A model generated the notes under the pieces. It saw only the letters and a program-made list of their open reading frames with translations, had not been told where the DNA came from and ran no database searches. A program made the translations under genes and the position numbers. From positions 89,019-153,018 of the IMG/VR virus record IMGVR_UViG_3300012347_000364: a DNA stretch of 64,000 nt; one strand, given 5' to 3'. This document shows positions 1 through 8,955 of the stretch, one piece after another. This DNA comes from a virus (lineage: Duplodnaviria > Heunggongvirae > Uroviricota > Caudoviricetes). Position 1 is the first letter of the stretch, and each line of letters begins with the position of its first letter.

Positions 1-37
1 TGTTGATAATTGTAATGTTGTTGATGGCTGTTTGGTT

Positions 38-364
38 ATGAAGCTGATACTTGGCACTCAAGGCAAGCCCAGCCTGTTAGTTGAAGTTGAACAAGAGCGC
101 AATAGCGATGAGTTCGACTTCTGGGTAGTGAATGGTGCATGGCGTGGTGTATTCTATAAAGGTTACATCACTGTCCTGGGATGCCCTAGTGGCGACTTTT
201 CATCACTAGAAAAGATAGAAATCCTAACAGATAACCAAGACCGGTTGCGGTATATGGGTGGTGAGTGGCGCACTGTGTTTGAAAACTTCGACAACGAATC
301 GTATGTTGCTCCTTTACCAAAAGTAGTGTATGATCGATTTGAAGATGATGATATTCCATTTTAA
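38..364 (+). CDS. hypothetical protein
   Basis: ORF in a co-oriented, tightly packed array; no recognisable motif. Confidence 0.7.
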   Translation: MKLILGTQGKPSLLVEVEQERNSDEFDFWVVNGAWRGVFYKGYITVLGCPSGDFSSLEKIEILTDNQDRLRYMGGEWRTVFENFDNESYVAPLPKVVYDRFEDDDIPF

Positions 365-370
365 GGATTA

Positions 371-580
371 ATGATGACTACAAATTACGAACACGATGAG
401 AACCCATTCAATAACGTAGCATACCGTATGGATGCAGAAGGGTTCGATTATTGCTTTGATGGCTATTCCAATTGGGACGACGTGATTGACCCAACATTCC
501 ACGAGCTGCGATTGAAGTATCTTGCTGCAAAGCTCGAGCTTGAACAATATGTTGAAGCAAATGCGGATGAGGACTATTGA
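371..580 (+). CDS. hypothetical protein
   Basis: ORF with AAGGA SD; stop overlaps next start. Confidence 0.7.
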   Translation: MMTTNYEHDENPFNNVAYRMDAEGFDYCFDGYSNWDDVIDPTFHELRLKYLAAKLELEQYVEANADEDY

Positions 581-798
581 TGGCCATCATAGGGTTCATT
601 GCCGTATGCGTAGTGTTGTTGTATCTCACTGGTGCATATGTGATTGTGTTCCTCAACACAATGGGTGAATATAACATCGGTGGTGTTCCCAACACATTAA
701 TGTCCAAAGTAATAACTGCAATCGCGGGAGCGGTGTTATGGTGGTTATGGACAGAGGCGTTGTCGCATTCCCCCTTCGATATTATAATCAAGCAATGA
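577..798 (+). CDS. small membrane protein (two hydrophobic segments)
   Basis: Hydrophobic N-terminal and C-terminal stretches; ATGA overlaps. Confidence 0.65.
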   Translation: MMAIIGFIAVCVVLLYLTGAYVIVFLNTMGEYNIGGVPNTLMSKVITAIAGAVLWWLWTEALSHSPFDIIIKQ

Positions 799-971
799 AA
801 GATTTTATGACTAAAGATAATCTGTGGTGTATTTTGTTGGGGTTCTTCATCTGTGCAATCCTCAACACAATGCCATTTGCTGATGCCGAGAAATACCGTC
901 GAGCTATCAAAGAGTGTGAGCGCACGTTGCCGCGCGATAAGAATTGTAAAGCGATTGGAGTGCCGCAATGA
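795..971 (+). CDS. small membrane-anchored protein, paralog of 19126-19308
   Basis: TM segment plus AIKECERTLPRDKNC motif; start moved to the ATG overlapping the previous stop. Confidence 0.65.
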   Translation: MKDFMTKDNLWCILLGFFICAILNTMPFADAEKYRRAIKECERTLPRDKNCKAIGVPQ

Positions 972-1159
972 CGGGCGTATTGTTGGATTTTGAGACTGCA
1001 GATCGAATTACGTTGGACAACCTCAAAGATTGTCGCAAGCGGTTGAAGAAAGAGCTAAAAGAGCATAAGAAGGGTGCTTGGTTGCATCCAGATGATGTTG
1101 TTGGTAATATGGAGTTGATCCGTTGTATGGATAAGCTAATCCATTACTTTGGAGGTTGA
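968..1159 (+). CDS. hypothetical protein
   Basis: ORF with overlapping start/stop. Confidence 0.65.
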   Translation: MTGVLLDFETADRITLDNLKDCRKRLKKELKEHKKGAWLHPDDVVGNMELIRCMDKLIHYFGG

Positions 1160-1160
1160 T

Positions 1161-1514
1161 ATGACAGATAAAGAAACAATTGCATTCATGCAGGATGTGT
1201 TGCGATCGACGCGTGAGTTGATTGTGTATGGTTGTAATCCAGACCTAACAGAATACCAAAAGCAGGTAATGAAGCGTATTGGTCTTGCTACCGCTATGGC
1301 ACAGGACGCATTGGATAAGTCAGAATCAATCGACGAGATTACAATCTACCAGTACGATTCTTTCGAGGATTGGTTCTGTGAGATTGAGAACTACGGCTCT
1401 CGAGGTGAGAGGTTTTGGGATTCTTTGAATGGCTTTCAATCAGACCTAGGAAAGCAATCCAATCATCTGTTGTGGCTGAAAGCTGCATTCGATTCTGGAA
1501 GACTGAAAGGTTAA
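1161..1514 (+). CDS. hypothetical protein
   Basis: GGAGG SD at 1151-1155 before ATG 1161. Confidence 0.7.
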   Translation: MTDKETIAFMQDVLRSTRELIVYGCNPDLTEYQKQVMKRIGLATAMAQDALDKSESIDEITIYQYDSFEDWFCEIENYGSRGERFWDSLNGFQSDLGKQSNHLLWLKAAFDSGRLKG

Positions 1515-1515
1515 A

Positions 1516-1713
1516 ATGTCGAAGTATTATTGCTTTTATCGATTCAAAACACAGACCACAGAAAACATTTACTTCGTAGATGTTGGTAGCATTGGTGACA
1601 TCGAGAATGGGTTTTGGATTACTGCCGGATACGTCTTTACCAAAGGCAGCAATGGTAAGTATTGGATTCCTCCATCAGCCATTCTGTATGTGGAGAAGCT
1701 GCATTATGACTGA
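1516..1713 (+). CDS. hypothetical protein
   Basis: ORF in array. Confidence 0.6.
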   Translation: MSKYYCFYRFKTQTTENIYFVDVGSIGDIENGFWITAGYVFTKGSNGKYWIPPSAILYVEKLHYD

Positions 1714-2182
1714 TAGAGTTGCAATGTTTGCCAAGCAGGCTGTTGATTATGCTGCAGAGCTGTATGGCCCTCAACGTGCTGGTGAGTTGGTGTGGGAACC
1801 GCTAACATATGACCGTAAGTTCGCACAACTGATCGCGCAAGACTGTATTGCTATGATACAGATGAAGATGCCTCGCAATGGTGTTAATTCTGCTGAGAAC
1901 CTACAATCGAAGAAGCACATCAAAGACATTGCCGAGGCATATGGTGTTACGTTGCCGTTGCCATCGAAAGCATATGAACATATAATTGATGATGTTGTGG
2001 CTGCATCCGATGCAATCTTTGAAGGCAAGAAGTCAATCACTGCTGCTGATGTCCAGCTGTTGCGCGAAAAGACTGATTGTCCGATGATGGAATGCAAGAA
2101 AGCGTTGACGGCATGTAATGGTAATATGGACGAGGCAGTTGAATATCTGCGTAGAGGGCGTCAATATAGGAGTAGTGTATGA
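1706..2182 (+). CDS. KFAxLI-family protein fused to a C-terminal EF-Ts N-terminal (UBA-like) domain
   Basis: C-terminus [39 protein letters not shown] closely follows the EF-Ts N-terminal consensus (VKELRERTGAGMMDCKKALxExNGDxExAxExLR). Confidence 0.75.
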   Translation: MTDRVAMFAKQAVDYAAELYGPQRAGELVWEPLTYDRKFAQLIAQDCIAMIQMKMPRNGVNSAENLQSKKHIKDIAEAYGVTLPLPSKAYEHIIDDVVAASDAIFEGKKSITAADVQLLREKTDCPMMECKKALTACNGNMDEAVEYLRRGRQYRSSV

Positions 2183-2439
2183 GTAGCTTGAAGGCATTGT
2201 TGCTAGAAGCACCCGACGATCAGCTAGACAAATCGATGCTTCCGTTGATTGAGATGTGGGATGATGAGCCAAAAGCTATCCAGATCCTTCAAGTGCTTGA
2301 TCGTTGCATCTATTCAGCATTGGCTAGTGGGTTTGTTGTATCTACATTGCAAATTATGCTCGAAGCTGCAATGAAAGCAGAACAACTTACACTCGAGCAG
2401 TTGGTACCACTAGCAACGTGGAGACAAGATGGACATTAA
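2179..2439 (+). CDS. hypothetical protein
   Basis: ORF with overlapping start/stop. Confidence 0.65.
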   Translation: MSSLKALLLEAPDDQLDKSMLPLIEMWDDEPKAIQILQVLDRCIYSALASGFVVSTLQIMLEAAMKAEQLTLEQLVPLATWRQDGH

Positions 2440-2707
2440 ACAATTCTTTGACTTGCCAGAAGAACAGCGGCAGTTGATTATTGATCTGCATAATAAGCAG
2501 AAGAAGATTAGATACACAAAAGAACAGATTGCTGATGAGTTTAACAAGCTAAAGACTCGTGAAGCAAACAATCAGATCTCATGTGATCATCCTTTTGCTG
2601 TGAAGGAATACAAGGCTCACGAAAATGAGTTTGGTAATCTAACAGGTGGTGGACAGTACTATTGTCATTGCGAAGACTGTGGATTTCGTTGGGTAGAAGA
2701 CAAATGA
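2429..2707 (+). CDS. hypothetical protein with C-terminal zinc-ribbon-like motif
   Basis: CDH...CHCEDCG. Confidence 0.6.
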   Translation: MDIKQFFDLPEEQRQLIIDLHNKQKKIRYTKEQIADEFNKLKTREANNQISCDHPFAVKEYKAHENEFGNLTGGGQYYCHCEDCGFRWVEDK

Positions 2708-2746
2708 TTAAGGTCAAGCATGTTGACGCAATGCATATTGAGGTGA

Positions 2747-2980
2747 GTGATGAGTTTAAAGGTTGAAGAAGCAATGATGTGGTTGTTGTGCGCGTTGGGC
2801 GCCATCATGATGGCATTGCTATTGTTTGTAGCGTTGCCAATAGCGATTCATCGTGGAAACGAAGCAGATTTGCTTGCAGCGCGGATGAATTGTATCAATC
2901 TAGGACATGCGAGAGACATGAATACTGTGTTTTTCTTTGATTGTAGTGGTGAAATCCGATTAGTGAGGGTTGTGGAATGA
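2747..2980 (+). CDS. small membrane protein
   Basis: Hydrophobic segment WLLCALGAIMMALLLFVALPIAI. Confidence 0.55.
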   Translation: MMSLKVEEAMMWLLCALGAIMMALLLFVALPIAIHRGNEADLLAARMNCINLGHARDMNTVFFFDCSGEIRLVRVVE

Positions 2981-3186
2981 ATCAATATATGGTAGAATTG
3001 GTCGATCAGGCACATCAGTATGCATGTGATGTTATTGATGAGGGTGAGCATTTTGGTGATATTATGCATCAAAAGCTAGTAGAGCTTGTTGTTAGGGAAT
3101 GTGCTTTGACTGCTGGATTGATGGAGCACGATCAGCGTAAGAATATCGGTGCAGCAATATTGGATAGGTTTGGAATCAGCCAATGA
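2977..3186 (+). CDS. KFAELIxxxC paralog family protein
   Basis: KLVELVVRECA...ILDRFG. Confidence 0.65.
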   Translation: MNQYMVELVDQAHQYACDVIDEGEHFGDIMHQKLVELVVRECALTAGLMEHDQRKNIGAAILDRFGISQ

Positions 3187-3338
3187 GTAATCTTTGGTTT
3201 AACATTCGGTTTGGCATCAAGCATTGGCAATGGGGACCAGACGGGATGAGATTCAGCGTCAATCCATATTTTATTGAGAATCCGCCTGATAAGTGGTTTG
3301 AAGTGTATTGTGTATTTGGAGTACAGGTTGGTTTATGA
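3183..3338 (+). CDS. hypothetical protein (51 aa, not in ORF track)
   Basis: MSNLWFNIRFGIKHWQWG...; fills the gap with ATGA overlaps on both sides. Confidence 0.55.
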   Translation: MSNLWFNIRFGIKHWQWGPDGMRFSVNPYFIENPPDKWFEVYCVFGVQVGL

Positions 3339-3718
3339 ATGAACAAATTAAAGCAGGCGCTGACATTCACGCTGGTGATGGTGGATATCAGATTGGTACG
3401 CGAGAAAATTACGAGGCTTTCGTGAAAGTCCGTAATAAGTCGTTGGCTGAAGCGCGAATCAACCGAATCGGAGAGCAAGCTGACTTGTTGGGTGAATGTA
3501 TGCCTACGAAGGTTGCTGGTCGTTATGTTGGATATGTTAATGTAGCAGATATTGAAAAGTTCGCTGAGCTGATTGTTGTTCAATGTGCTAATATCATTTG
3601 GGACGAAGCAAATAAGAAGGATAGCGCCGAGATTAATGAGGGCGGCTACAAGATACTAGAATATTTTGGTATTGATTGGCGAGCGGAACAAAGTGACGAG
3701 CGTTTCGGGGTAGAGTGA
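3335..3718 (+). CDS. KFAELIxxxC paralog family protein
   Basis: EKFAELIVVQCA...ILEYFG. Confidence 0.65.
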   Translation: MNEQIKAGADIHAGDGGYQIGTRENYEAFVKVRNKSLAEARINRIGEQADLLGECMPTKVAGRYVGYVNVADIEKFAELIVVQCANIIWDEANKKDSAEINEGGYKILEYFGIDWRAEQSDERFGVE

Positions 3719-3954
3719 TGTATGCACTGCGGATAGCGAAGTATGGCAAGATGTTCATCAGAAATGATGGGTTGTGTACTGATAATAAGGCTGCTGCCAA
3801 GCTATTTCAGTCGATTGAGGATGCCAAAGTGTATGTTCATTACTGGAGAAAGTCTTCTGGTGTTAATGAAAAAGAGAGTCTGCCGCTCAATATCGTTGAG
3901 GTAAAGACGAAAGTGGTGATACAAAAGGTTGGTGATATTGTGGAGACTGTATGA
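3715..3954 (+). CDS. hypothetical protein
   Basis: ORF in array. Confidence 0.6.
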   Translation: MMYALRIAKYGKMFIRNDGLCTDNKAAAKLFQSIEDAKVYVHYWRKSSGVNEKESLPLNIVEVKTKVVIQKVGDIVETV

Positions 3955-4154
3955 GTAAAACGCATTTTCTAGCGAATGATGAGGGTGACATTATGTGTTG
4001 CTGGGACGGTGATCTGTCGCGAACAAACATTATTCAGTTTGTCAATGATAGACCATATACGCCAGAGGAAGTGGCGCGCCTGATGAATAAAGCATTTAAG
4101 ATTGGTATGGATGCCAAGGCTCAGGATGTAAAGAATGTATTGGGGATTCGATGA
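3951..4154 (+). CDS. hypothetical protein
   Basis: ORF in array. Confidence 0.6.
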   Translation: MSKTHFLANDEGDIMCCWDGDLSRTNIIQFVNDRPYTPEEVARLMNKAFKIGMDAKAQDVKNVLGIR

Positions 4155-4321
4155 AGTTAATTAGCAGACATATAAAGATGAACCCCGATACGCTTACTCC
4201 GGAGATGGAAATAGTGTTGACGTTGCCTATGGAATTTGCAATGGATGCATTATGCCGTACTGAGGAAGAATTCGAAGCTAAGCTCGGAAAACAGCTGGTT
4301 GAGATGTTAAGGATGAAGTAA
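4151..4321 (+). CDS. hypothetical protein (56 aa, not in ORF track)
   Basis: MKLISRHIKMNPDTL...; fills the gap with overlapping start/stop. Confidence 0.55.
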   Translation: MKLISRHIKMNPDTLTPEMEIVLTLPMEFAMDALCRTEEEFEAKLGKQLVEMLRMK

Positions 4322-4509
4322 TGGATGCAAAGCCAGCGATTCGTGTACATGGATGGGTATGGAAGGATAAAATGCATGATGATTGCTATGTTCCTTCATA
4401 TACGCCAGCACAACACGTCCTGAGAGGTGAATTATTTGCATTGGTTGATCCAGCAGATCTTGATAGGCCGCTGGAAAACACGCAATGGCACTATAGGGAA
4501 AGCGAATGA
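4321..4509 (+). CDS. hypothetical protein
   Basis: ORF in array. Confidence 0.55.
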   Translation: MDAKPAIRVHGWVWKDKMHDDCYVPSYTPAQHVLRGELFALVDPADLDRPLENTQWHYRESE

Positions 4510-4645
4510 TGGATGCTTTTTTATTTTATTTTGTCGCATTGACGCTAACTACGTTCTTGTGCGCGGGATTGTTTTTCGCATTTGACCATGAGATCCTCCG
4601 TGGGCACTTTGCAAAGAAGGTTCGTAAGTACTTCGGAGTCGAGGA

Positions 4646-4957
4646 ATGAACTGGCATCAAGCGATTGACGAAATGTATAGGGGCAACGTTGTCAAATACA
4701 TTGGTACGGAGAATGGCCCTGTGTGGACAGATAAAGGTTGGTCATTCTGCATGTGTCGTGGTGTGATATTTCGTTATAGGGATAGTAACCCAGAATACCG
4801 TTCAGATGGTGCTATGGTATATGATCCAGACTTTAGATATCAACTAACTGGTGAAACTGTAGATACAAGGTATTGGCCAACAAAACCAACACGCGTGTTG
4901 GATAAACAGACTGTCACCAAGTTGGGGTACAGCCGTATTGGATTGGGTAATGTATGA
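4646..4957 (+). CDS. hypothetical protein
   Basis: GAGGA SD; overlaps next start. Confidence 0.65.
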   Translation: MNWHQAIDEMYRGNVVKYIGTENGPVWTDKGWSFCMCRGVIFRYRDSNPEYRSDGAMVYDPDFRYQLTGETVDTRYWPTKPTRVLDKQTVTKLGYSRIGLGNV

Positions 4958-5202
4958 ACGAACGAATTGTAAAACTTATCACAGAGGCTGATGCCTATGC
5001 TTGGACCATTTCTGAAAAGTATGTACCTGAATGTGGTGAAGTAAACTATCTTTGGGAAGACGCATTCCGTAAAAAGTTTGCTGAGTTGATTATCGAGCGG
5101 TGTATAGAGCAATGCTGGACGGTATCTGAATTGGAATCGAGTGGATATGTTGTCAGTGAGTGTTCAAAGAGAGTTAGAAAACATTTTGGAATAGAGCAAT
5201 GA
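4954..5202 (+). CDS. KFAELIxxxC paralog family protein
   Basis: MNERIVKL...KKFAELIIERCI...VRKHFG. Confidence 0.7.
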   Translation: MNERIVKLITEADAYAWTISEKYVPECGEVNYLWEDAFRKKFAELIIERCIEQCWTVSELESSGYVVSECSKRVRKHFGIEQ

Positions 5203-5390
5203 ACGAAAAGATTAGACAAATCGCTATCAAAGCGCAGGTGGAACACTGTATTAGCCATGTAAGGCTGCAAGAATTCGCGGATTTGATTATTGAGCAGTGT
5301 GCTACGGTCGCAGATGAATGTATAACTGATCAGTGGTATGATGTTGGTAATGCGATCAGAGAACACTTTGTAACACAATCAAAGGGCTAA
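5199..5390 (+). CDS. KFAELIxxxC paralog family protein
   Basis: MNEKIRQI...QEFADLIIEQCA...IREHF. Confidence 0.7.
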   Translation: MNEKIRQIAIKAQVEHCISHVRLQEFADLIIEQCATVADECITDQWYDVGNAIREHFVTQSKG

Positions 5391-5653
5391 CCAGTGGTAG
5401 AGATAATACTTGGTTCGATCCTGTTAATAATCGGTGGGGGATTGTTGAGCAGTGTTCCTTTCCCTAGGTTTTTGGCAGCAATGTTGTTGTTATCGCTTGG
5501 TCAGACGTTATTGACGTTGGGTATGAGATGAGTGAAGGGGACCGTGCAGGCGTTTGGGCTATTGTATATCTGTTAATGGTAGGTGCGGCTGCATACTTTA
5601 CAATCTTTATGATTATGTTTAGTTTTGTTAGAAAAATGTTTTGGGGTTAAGAG

Positions 5654-5857
5654 ATGAACGAGCATGTTGAAAACTTTGCTAGACACGTTGAAGCGGCGTA
5701 TATTCCTCGTTATGATATGTGGCAAATGGATTCAGAGACGATGCAAAAGTTTGCCGAGATGATTGCTAAGCAATGTGCTGATATAAGCGATGCGAGCTTT
5801 CATAATGGTTCTGCTGGTTATTTGGCGATCCTAAACCACTTCGGAGTTAATGAGTGA
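5654..5857 (+). CDS. KFAELIxxxC paralog family protein
   Basis: MNEHV...QKFAEMIAKQCA...ILNHFG. Confidence 0.7.
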   Translation: MNEHVENFARHVEAAYIPRYDMWQMDSETMQKFAEMIAKQCADISDASFHNGSAGYLAILNHFGVNE

Positions 5858-6023
5858 ACTGGGAACAAACAAACGCCCTTCTTGATCATTATAAAAGGCA
5901 ATTTGTAATTTACCATGATATTGGTGAAAAGAACTGGACAGACCAGCAACGTGATGATGTGAGAGAGTTACGTGCAAAATGCGTTAACCTAGGTCAAGTT
6001 AGATATGAGATTGCGAGAGGGAG

Positions 6024-6230
6024 ATGATGGATAAGACAATAGCAAGGTTGCTAAAAGAGATGAATGCATATTGCGTAGACGAAGACGGAAACGTCCTTAC
6101 ATCGATGTTAGTAGGAAAACAGATTGACCAGTATACGGTAGCAGTAATCGCGGAATGCATAACAGCATTGCAACCAGATGATAAAGCAATCGGTGATATG
6201 GTTAAGAAGATAGAAGACCACTTTGTATGA
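6024..6230 (+). CDS. divergent KFAELIxxxC family protein
   Basis: MMDKTIARLL...VAVIAECI...IEDHF. Confidence 0.55.
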   Translation: MMDKTIARLLKEMNAYCVDEDGNVLTSMLVGKQIDQYTVAVIAECITALQPDDKAIGDMVKKIEDHFV

Positions 6231-6514
6231 ATATCAGTATGGAACAAAGAGTAAAGAAGCTAGAGGATAGACTAGCATTCATGTCTATGATAATGGGAAA
6301 GCTGTTAGATGATAAGAGACATGAGATATCCGGATATGATCTTCATAGAATGCAAGAGCTTGCTAAAAAGGGAGCTCATATAGTGGAGAGAAGAGATAAG
6401 GAAGATGAAGCTAGAAGAAGATACCTAGAGTTGCAATCAGAGATGCAAATTCTAGCAGAAGACTTTCCAGAAGCAATAGATGTAGACCTCAATCCATTCT
6501 ATAGACGATATTAA
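6227..6514 (+). CDS. hypothetical coiled-coil protein
   Basis: ORF, last of the + strand array. Confidence 0.6.
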   Translation: MNISMEQRVKKLEDRLAFMSMIMGKLLDDKRHEISGYDLHRMQELAKKGAHIVERRDKEDEARRRYLELQSEMQILAEDFPEAIDVDLNPFYRRY

Positions 6515-7175
6515 TCGGCACAGCAATGGCACTAGACTATAGTATAGACAACAAGTAGTCCAGCAAGTAAGAGAATACACCCCCGTCTTAAACTTATATG
6601 GGGGTAGTATAGACGGTCAGAGAATAATAGTGATATTCAGCCGGGGAATATACCGAGAATCCCGGCATCAACTTAAACTTATATGGGGTAATACAGCGGA
6701 TTATATGTGTTTGTAAAGCATCAGACACAGCGTTAAGCAGCCGAGCAAAGTATCAGCCAATGGCCTAGTCCGGTACAGCTGTAAATGCCGTATTCCTGCG
6801 TATAATCGCTTCTAGGCGTATCCTATATTTCCCTGTGTTTATGCGTAGTTACATGCTACTCCATTCTATACATCCATAGCTATTTTGTTTCCAGAATCAA
6901 AATCTGTTGGAAACTGAATAGCCCATAAAAATCCCCACACAATATGCGTCTCAGCTAGTATCAGACATCCACTGTTTCTGCGCTGAATCACACTACTTTT
7001 CATAATGCAAACCCACTAAACATGCGATTGTGATACTCTCAGACATCGCATTGTACGCACTACTACACGTTAACTAGTACTAGCTAAGCGTATAGCTAAA
7101 CAGTGCTATCCACTTTCAGAAAGTGGCACGAATTGGTCCCTCTCTATATTAAATAGAGATTGACACTTAATTTGC

Positions 7176-7204
7176 ATTATACTATAAAATTGAAAAAATG
7201 TCAA
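7176..7204 (-). promoter_or_regulatory. sigma70-type promoter firing leftward into the non-coding region
   Basis: Minus strand TTGACA (7204-7199), 17 bp, TATAAT (7181-7176). Confidence 0.75.
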
Positions 7205-7256
7205 CTAGAGTAAAAGTGGCAAAAATCCCCACACGAAAGTGAGCAATCTGCTCTAG

Positions 7257-7285
7257 TTGCCAAAAGCTCAAAAGTATGCTATAAT
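7257..7285 (+). promoter_or_regulatory. sigma70-type promoter
   Basis: TTGCCA (7257-7262), 17 bp, TATAAT (7280-7285). Confidence 0.65.
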
Positions 7286-7375
7286 GAAATGGGACGTTTT
7301 CGCTTTTGTGCTGCGGTGGCTATTAAGGCGCAGATGCCGTCCATCCCCAGTTTGACTGTTCGAACTCATGTGTGA

Positions 7376-7404
7376 ATTATCCCTCTTTTTGAACAAAACG
7401 TCAA
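7376..7404 (-). promoter_or_regulatory. sigma70-type promoter facing the 7257 promoter
   Basis: Minus strand TTGACG, 17 bp, GATAAT; preceded by the same CTCTAG element as the two neighbouring promoters. Confidence 0.65.
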
Positions 7405-7418
7405 CTAGAGGGATAGTG

Positions 7419-7634
7419 TTAGAAAGTCTTTGTATAGAATACTTCTGTTGGATTGCTTTGCACAGTATTGTAATATACTTCTACTTTACAGGTCTTTCCA
7501 CAGCCAAATGGATTGATTCCAAATTTGAATGCGTTTTTGTATGTTTTATAGCCACTGATGATGCATCGGTTGTTCATTCCTACCGAATCATAGCTACCGT
7601 CGTTGTTCTGCTTGGTCACGATATACTTACGCAT
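7419..7634 (-). CDS. hypothetical early protein
   Basis: Last ORF of a three-gene minus-strand operon. Confidence 0.6.
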   Translation of the reverse strand: MRKYIVTKQNNDGSYDSVGMNNRCIISGYKTYKNAFKFGINPFGCGKTCKVEVYYNTVQSNPTEVFYTKTF

Positions 7635-7636
7635 TT

Positions 7637-7756
7637 TCACTCTCCTTCAAAAGCATTGTCGCCATAAACGTCAAACTCAGACTGCTGATTGTTCCAATAA
7701 TCGTACTCTTCGCAGAGTGCTACCAATTCTTCCAACTCTTGATCGATACTGCTCAT
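7637..7756 (-). CDS. small acidic hypothetical protein (39 aa)
   Basis: MSSIDQELEELVALCEEY...; SD GGAG upstream. Confidence 0.5.
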   Translation of the reverse strand: MSSIDQELEELVALCEEYDYWNNQQSEFDVYGDNAFEGE

Positions 7757-7757
7757 T

Positions 7758-7931
7758 TTACTGCTCCTGGCTAAAAAGTTCGTTTTCTAGATCTTCGAAT
7801 AGTCGTTCTGTGTAATTGACTAATTCTGTTTCACTTTGATCGAAAATGCCATGTTCGCGGCACTCCCAGATCATTCCTAACACTAAAGCGACTTGTTGCT
7901 CGTTTAGTGTCACATCGATCGTTTTTAACAT
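7758..7931 (-). CDS. hypothetical early protein (57 aa)
   Basis: MLKTIDVTLNEQQ...; GAGGAG SD, and a cassette promoter (TTGACC-17-GATAAT) on the minus strand at about 7953-7981. Confidence 0.65.
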   Translation of the reverse strand: MLKTIDVTLNEQQVALVLGMIWECREHGIFDQSETELVNYTERLFEDLENELFSQEQ

Positions 7932-8082
7932 GATCTCTCCTCTTGAACGTCTATTATCTGTGATTTTGAAGAAAAGGTCAACTAGTACTTGACTGAGTTG
8001 TAAGCTTAATTGAAAAAGGTTTGACCTTTTTTGAATTTTGTATTATAATTGGTTTTCTGTTTTAATGAAAAAGGAATTTGAA

Positions 8083-8460
8083 ATGAATACAAAAGTGTTT
8101 AGTTTTGGTGTGGATGAAGATTCGTTAACTTTTGAAACAGAATTTGATTCTTTAGAGTCATATTTTAAAGTAGAAGGAATTCGCTATTGTGGCTATTTCT
8201 TAGACAAATATAATACTGAGGTAGTCGATAGTGTTAAAGTTCAAAATAAAGAGGAACTTTTTGATTATGATGAAGGTGAGTTAGAATTAGCTAAGTTTGA
8301 TGAAATGGTAGCTAAGTATGATTCATTTTTGAAAAATAATAGTGATTATGTGTTAATCAATTATTGTATTGAATATGATATTTCTTGGGTATTAATGAGT
8401 AAAGCTGATTATGCTAAGTTTTTAGAAATGTGTGAACTAGAAGTAGCAAACGAAGAATAA
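8083..8460 (+). CDS. acidic hypothetical early protein
   Basis: AAGGA SD behind a cassette promoter; locally AT-rich. Confidence 0.7.
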   Translation: MNTKVFSFGVDEDSLTFETEFDSLESYFKVEGIRYCGYFLDKYNTEVVDSVKVQNKEELFDYDEGELELAKFDEMVAKYDSFLKNNSDYVLINYCIEYDISWVLMSKADYAKFLEMCELEVANEE

Positions 8461-8464
8461 AATT

Positions 8465-8489
8465 GGGAACCGAAAGGTTCCCTTTTTTT
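8465..8489 (+). terminator. rho-independent terminator
   Basis: GGGAACC-GAAA-GGTTCCC followed by a T-run. Confidence 0.85.
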
Positions 8490-8612
8490 ATCTCTATCGG
8501 AAACAAAAGTGCCAAGAGCCCCCGGTCGAGTAACCTTACACTTTGGTTGGGTATTGATTGACCTTTTTGGAATTTGGTCTGATAATACAGTCATTGTTTA
8601 GAAAGGTCTGTT

Positions 8613-8879
8613 ATGTCAAAATTTGGTTTGGTTGAGGTTGTTTCTGTTGAAGATGGTGGTTACTATGCAGATGGTAATGTTTCTGGAAGTACTGTGAATG
8701 TGACATTACAACGTGGTAGTGACTTTGCTAGTTGTGATCAGATTCTGTTTTGGGAAGAAGCTAGTCAAGAAGAGTTAAACGATGTGTTCGATGAGTGGGT
8801 CGATTTGGCTATTGGTGGTGAGGAAGGCTATAGTGCTATGATTACAGAAGGTATGGAAACAAAAATGTATTCACAATAA
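8613..8879 (+). CDS. acidic hypothetical early protein
   Basis: Own cassette promoter at 8558. Confidence 0.7.
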   Translation: MSKFGLVEVVSVEDGGYYADGNVSGSTVNVTLQRGSDFASCDQILFWEEASQEELNDVFDEWVDLAIGGEEGYSAMITEGMETKMYSQ

Positions 8880-8955
8880 GCTTCAGGTTGGTCAGCTTAT
8901 TGGTTGACCTTTTTTCCAAAACCCATTATAATACAGTCATTGATTAGGAGAACAT

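Noticed and set aside
408-968. 186-aa minus-strand ORF and similar antisense ORFs throughout the track
   Set aside because: They overlap well-formed, coupled + strand genes and lack RBS and recognisable domains.
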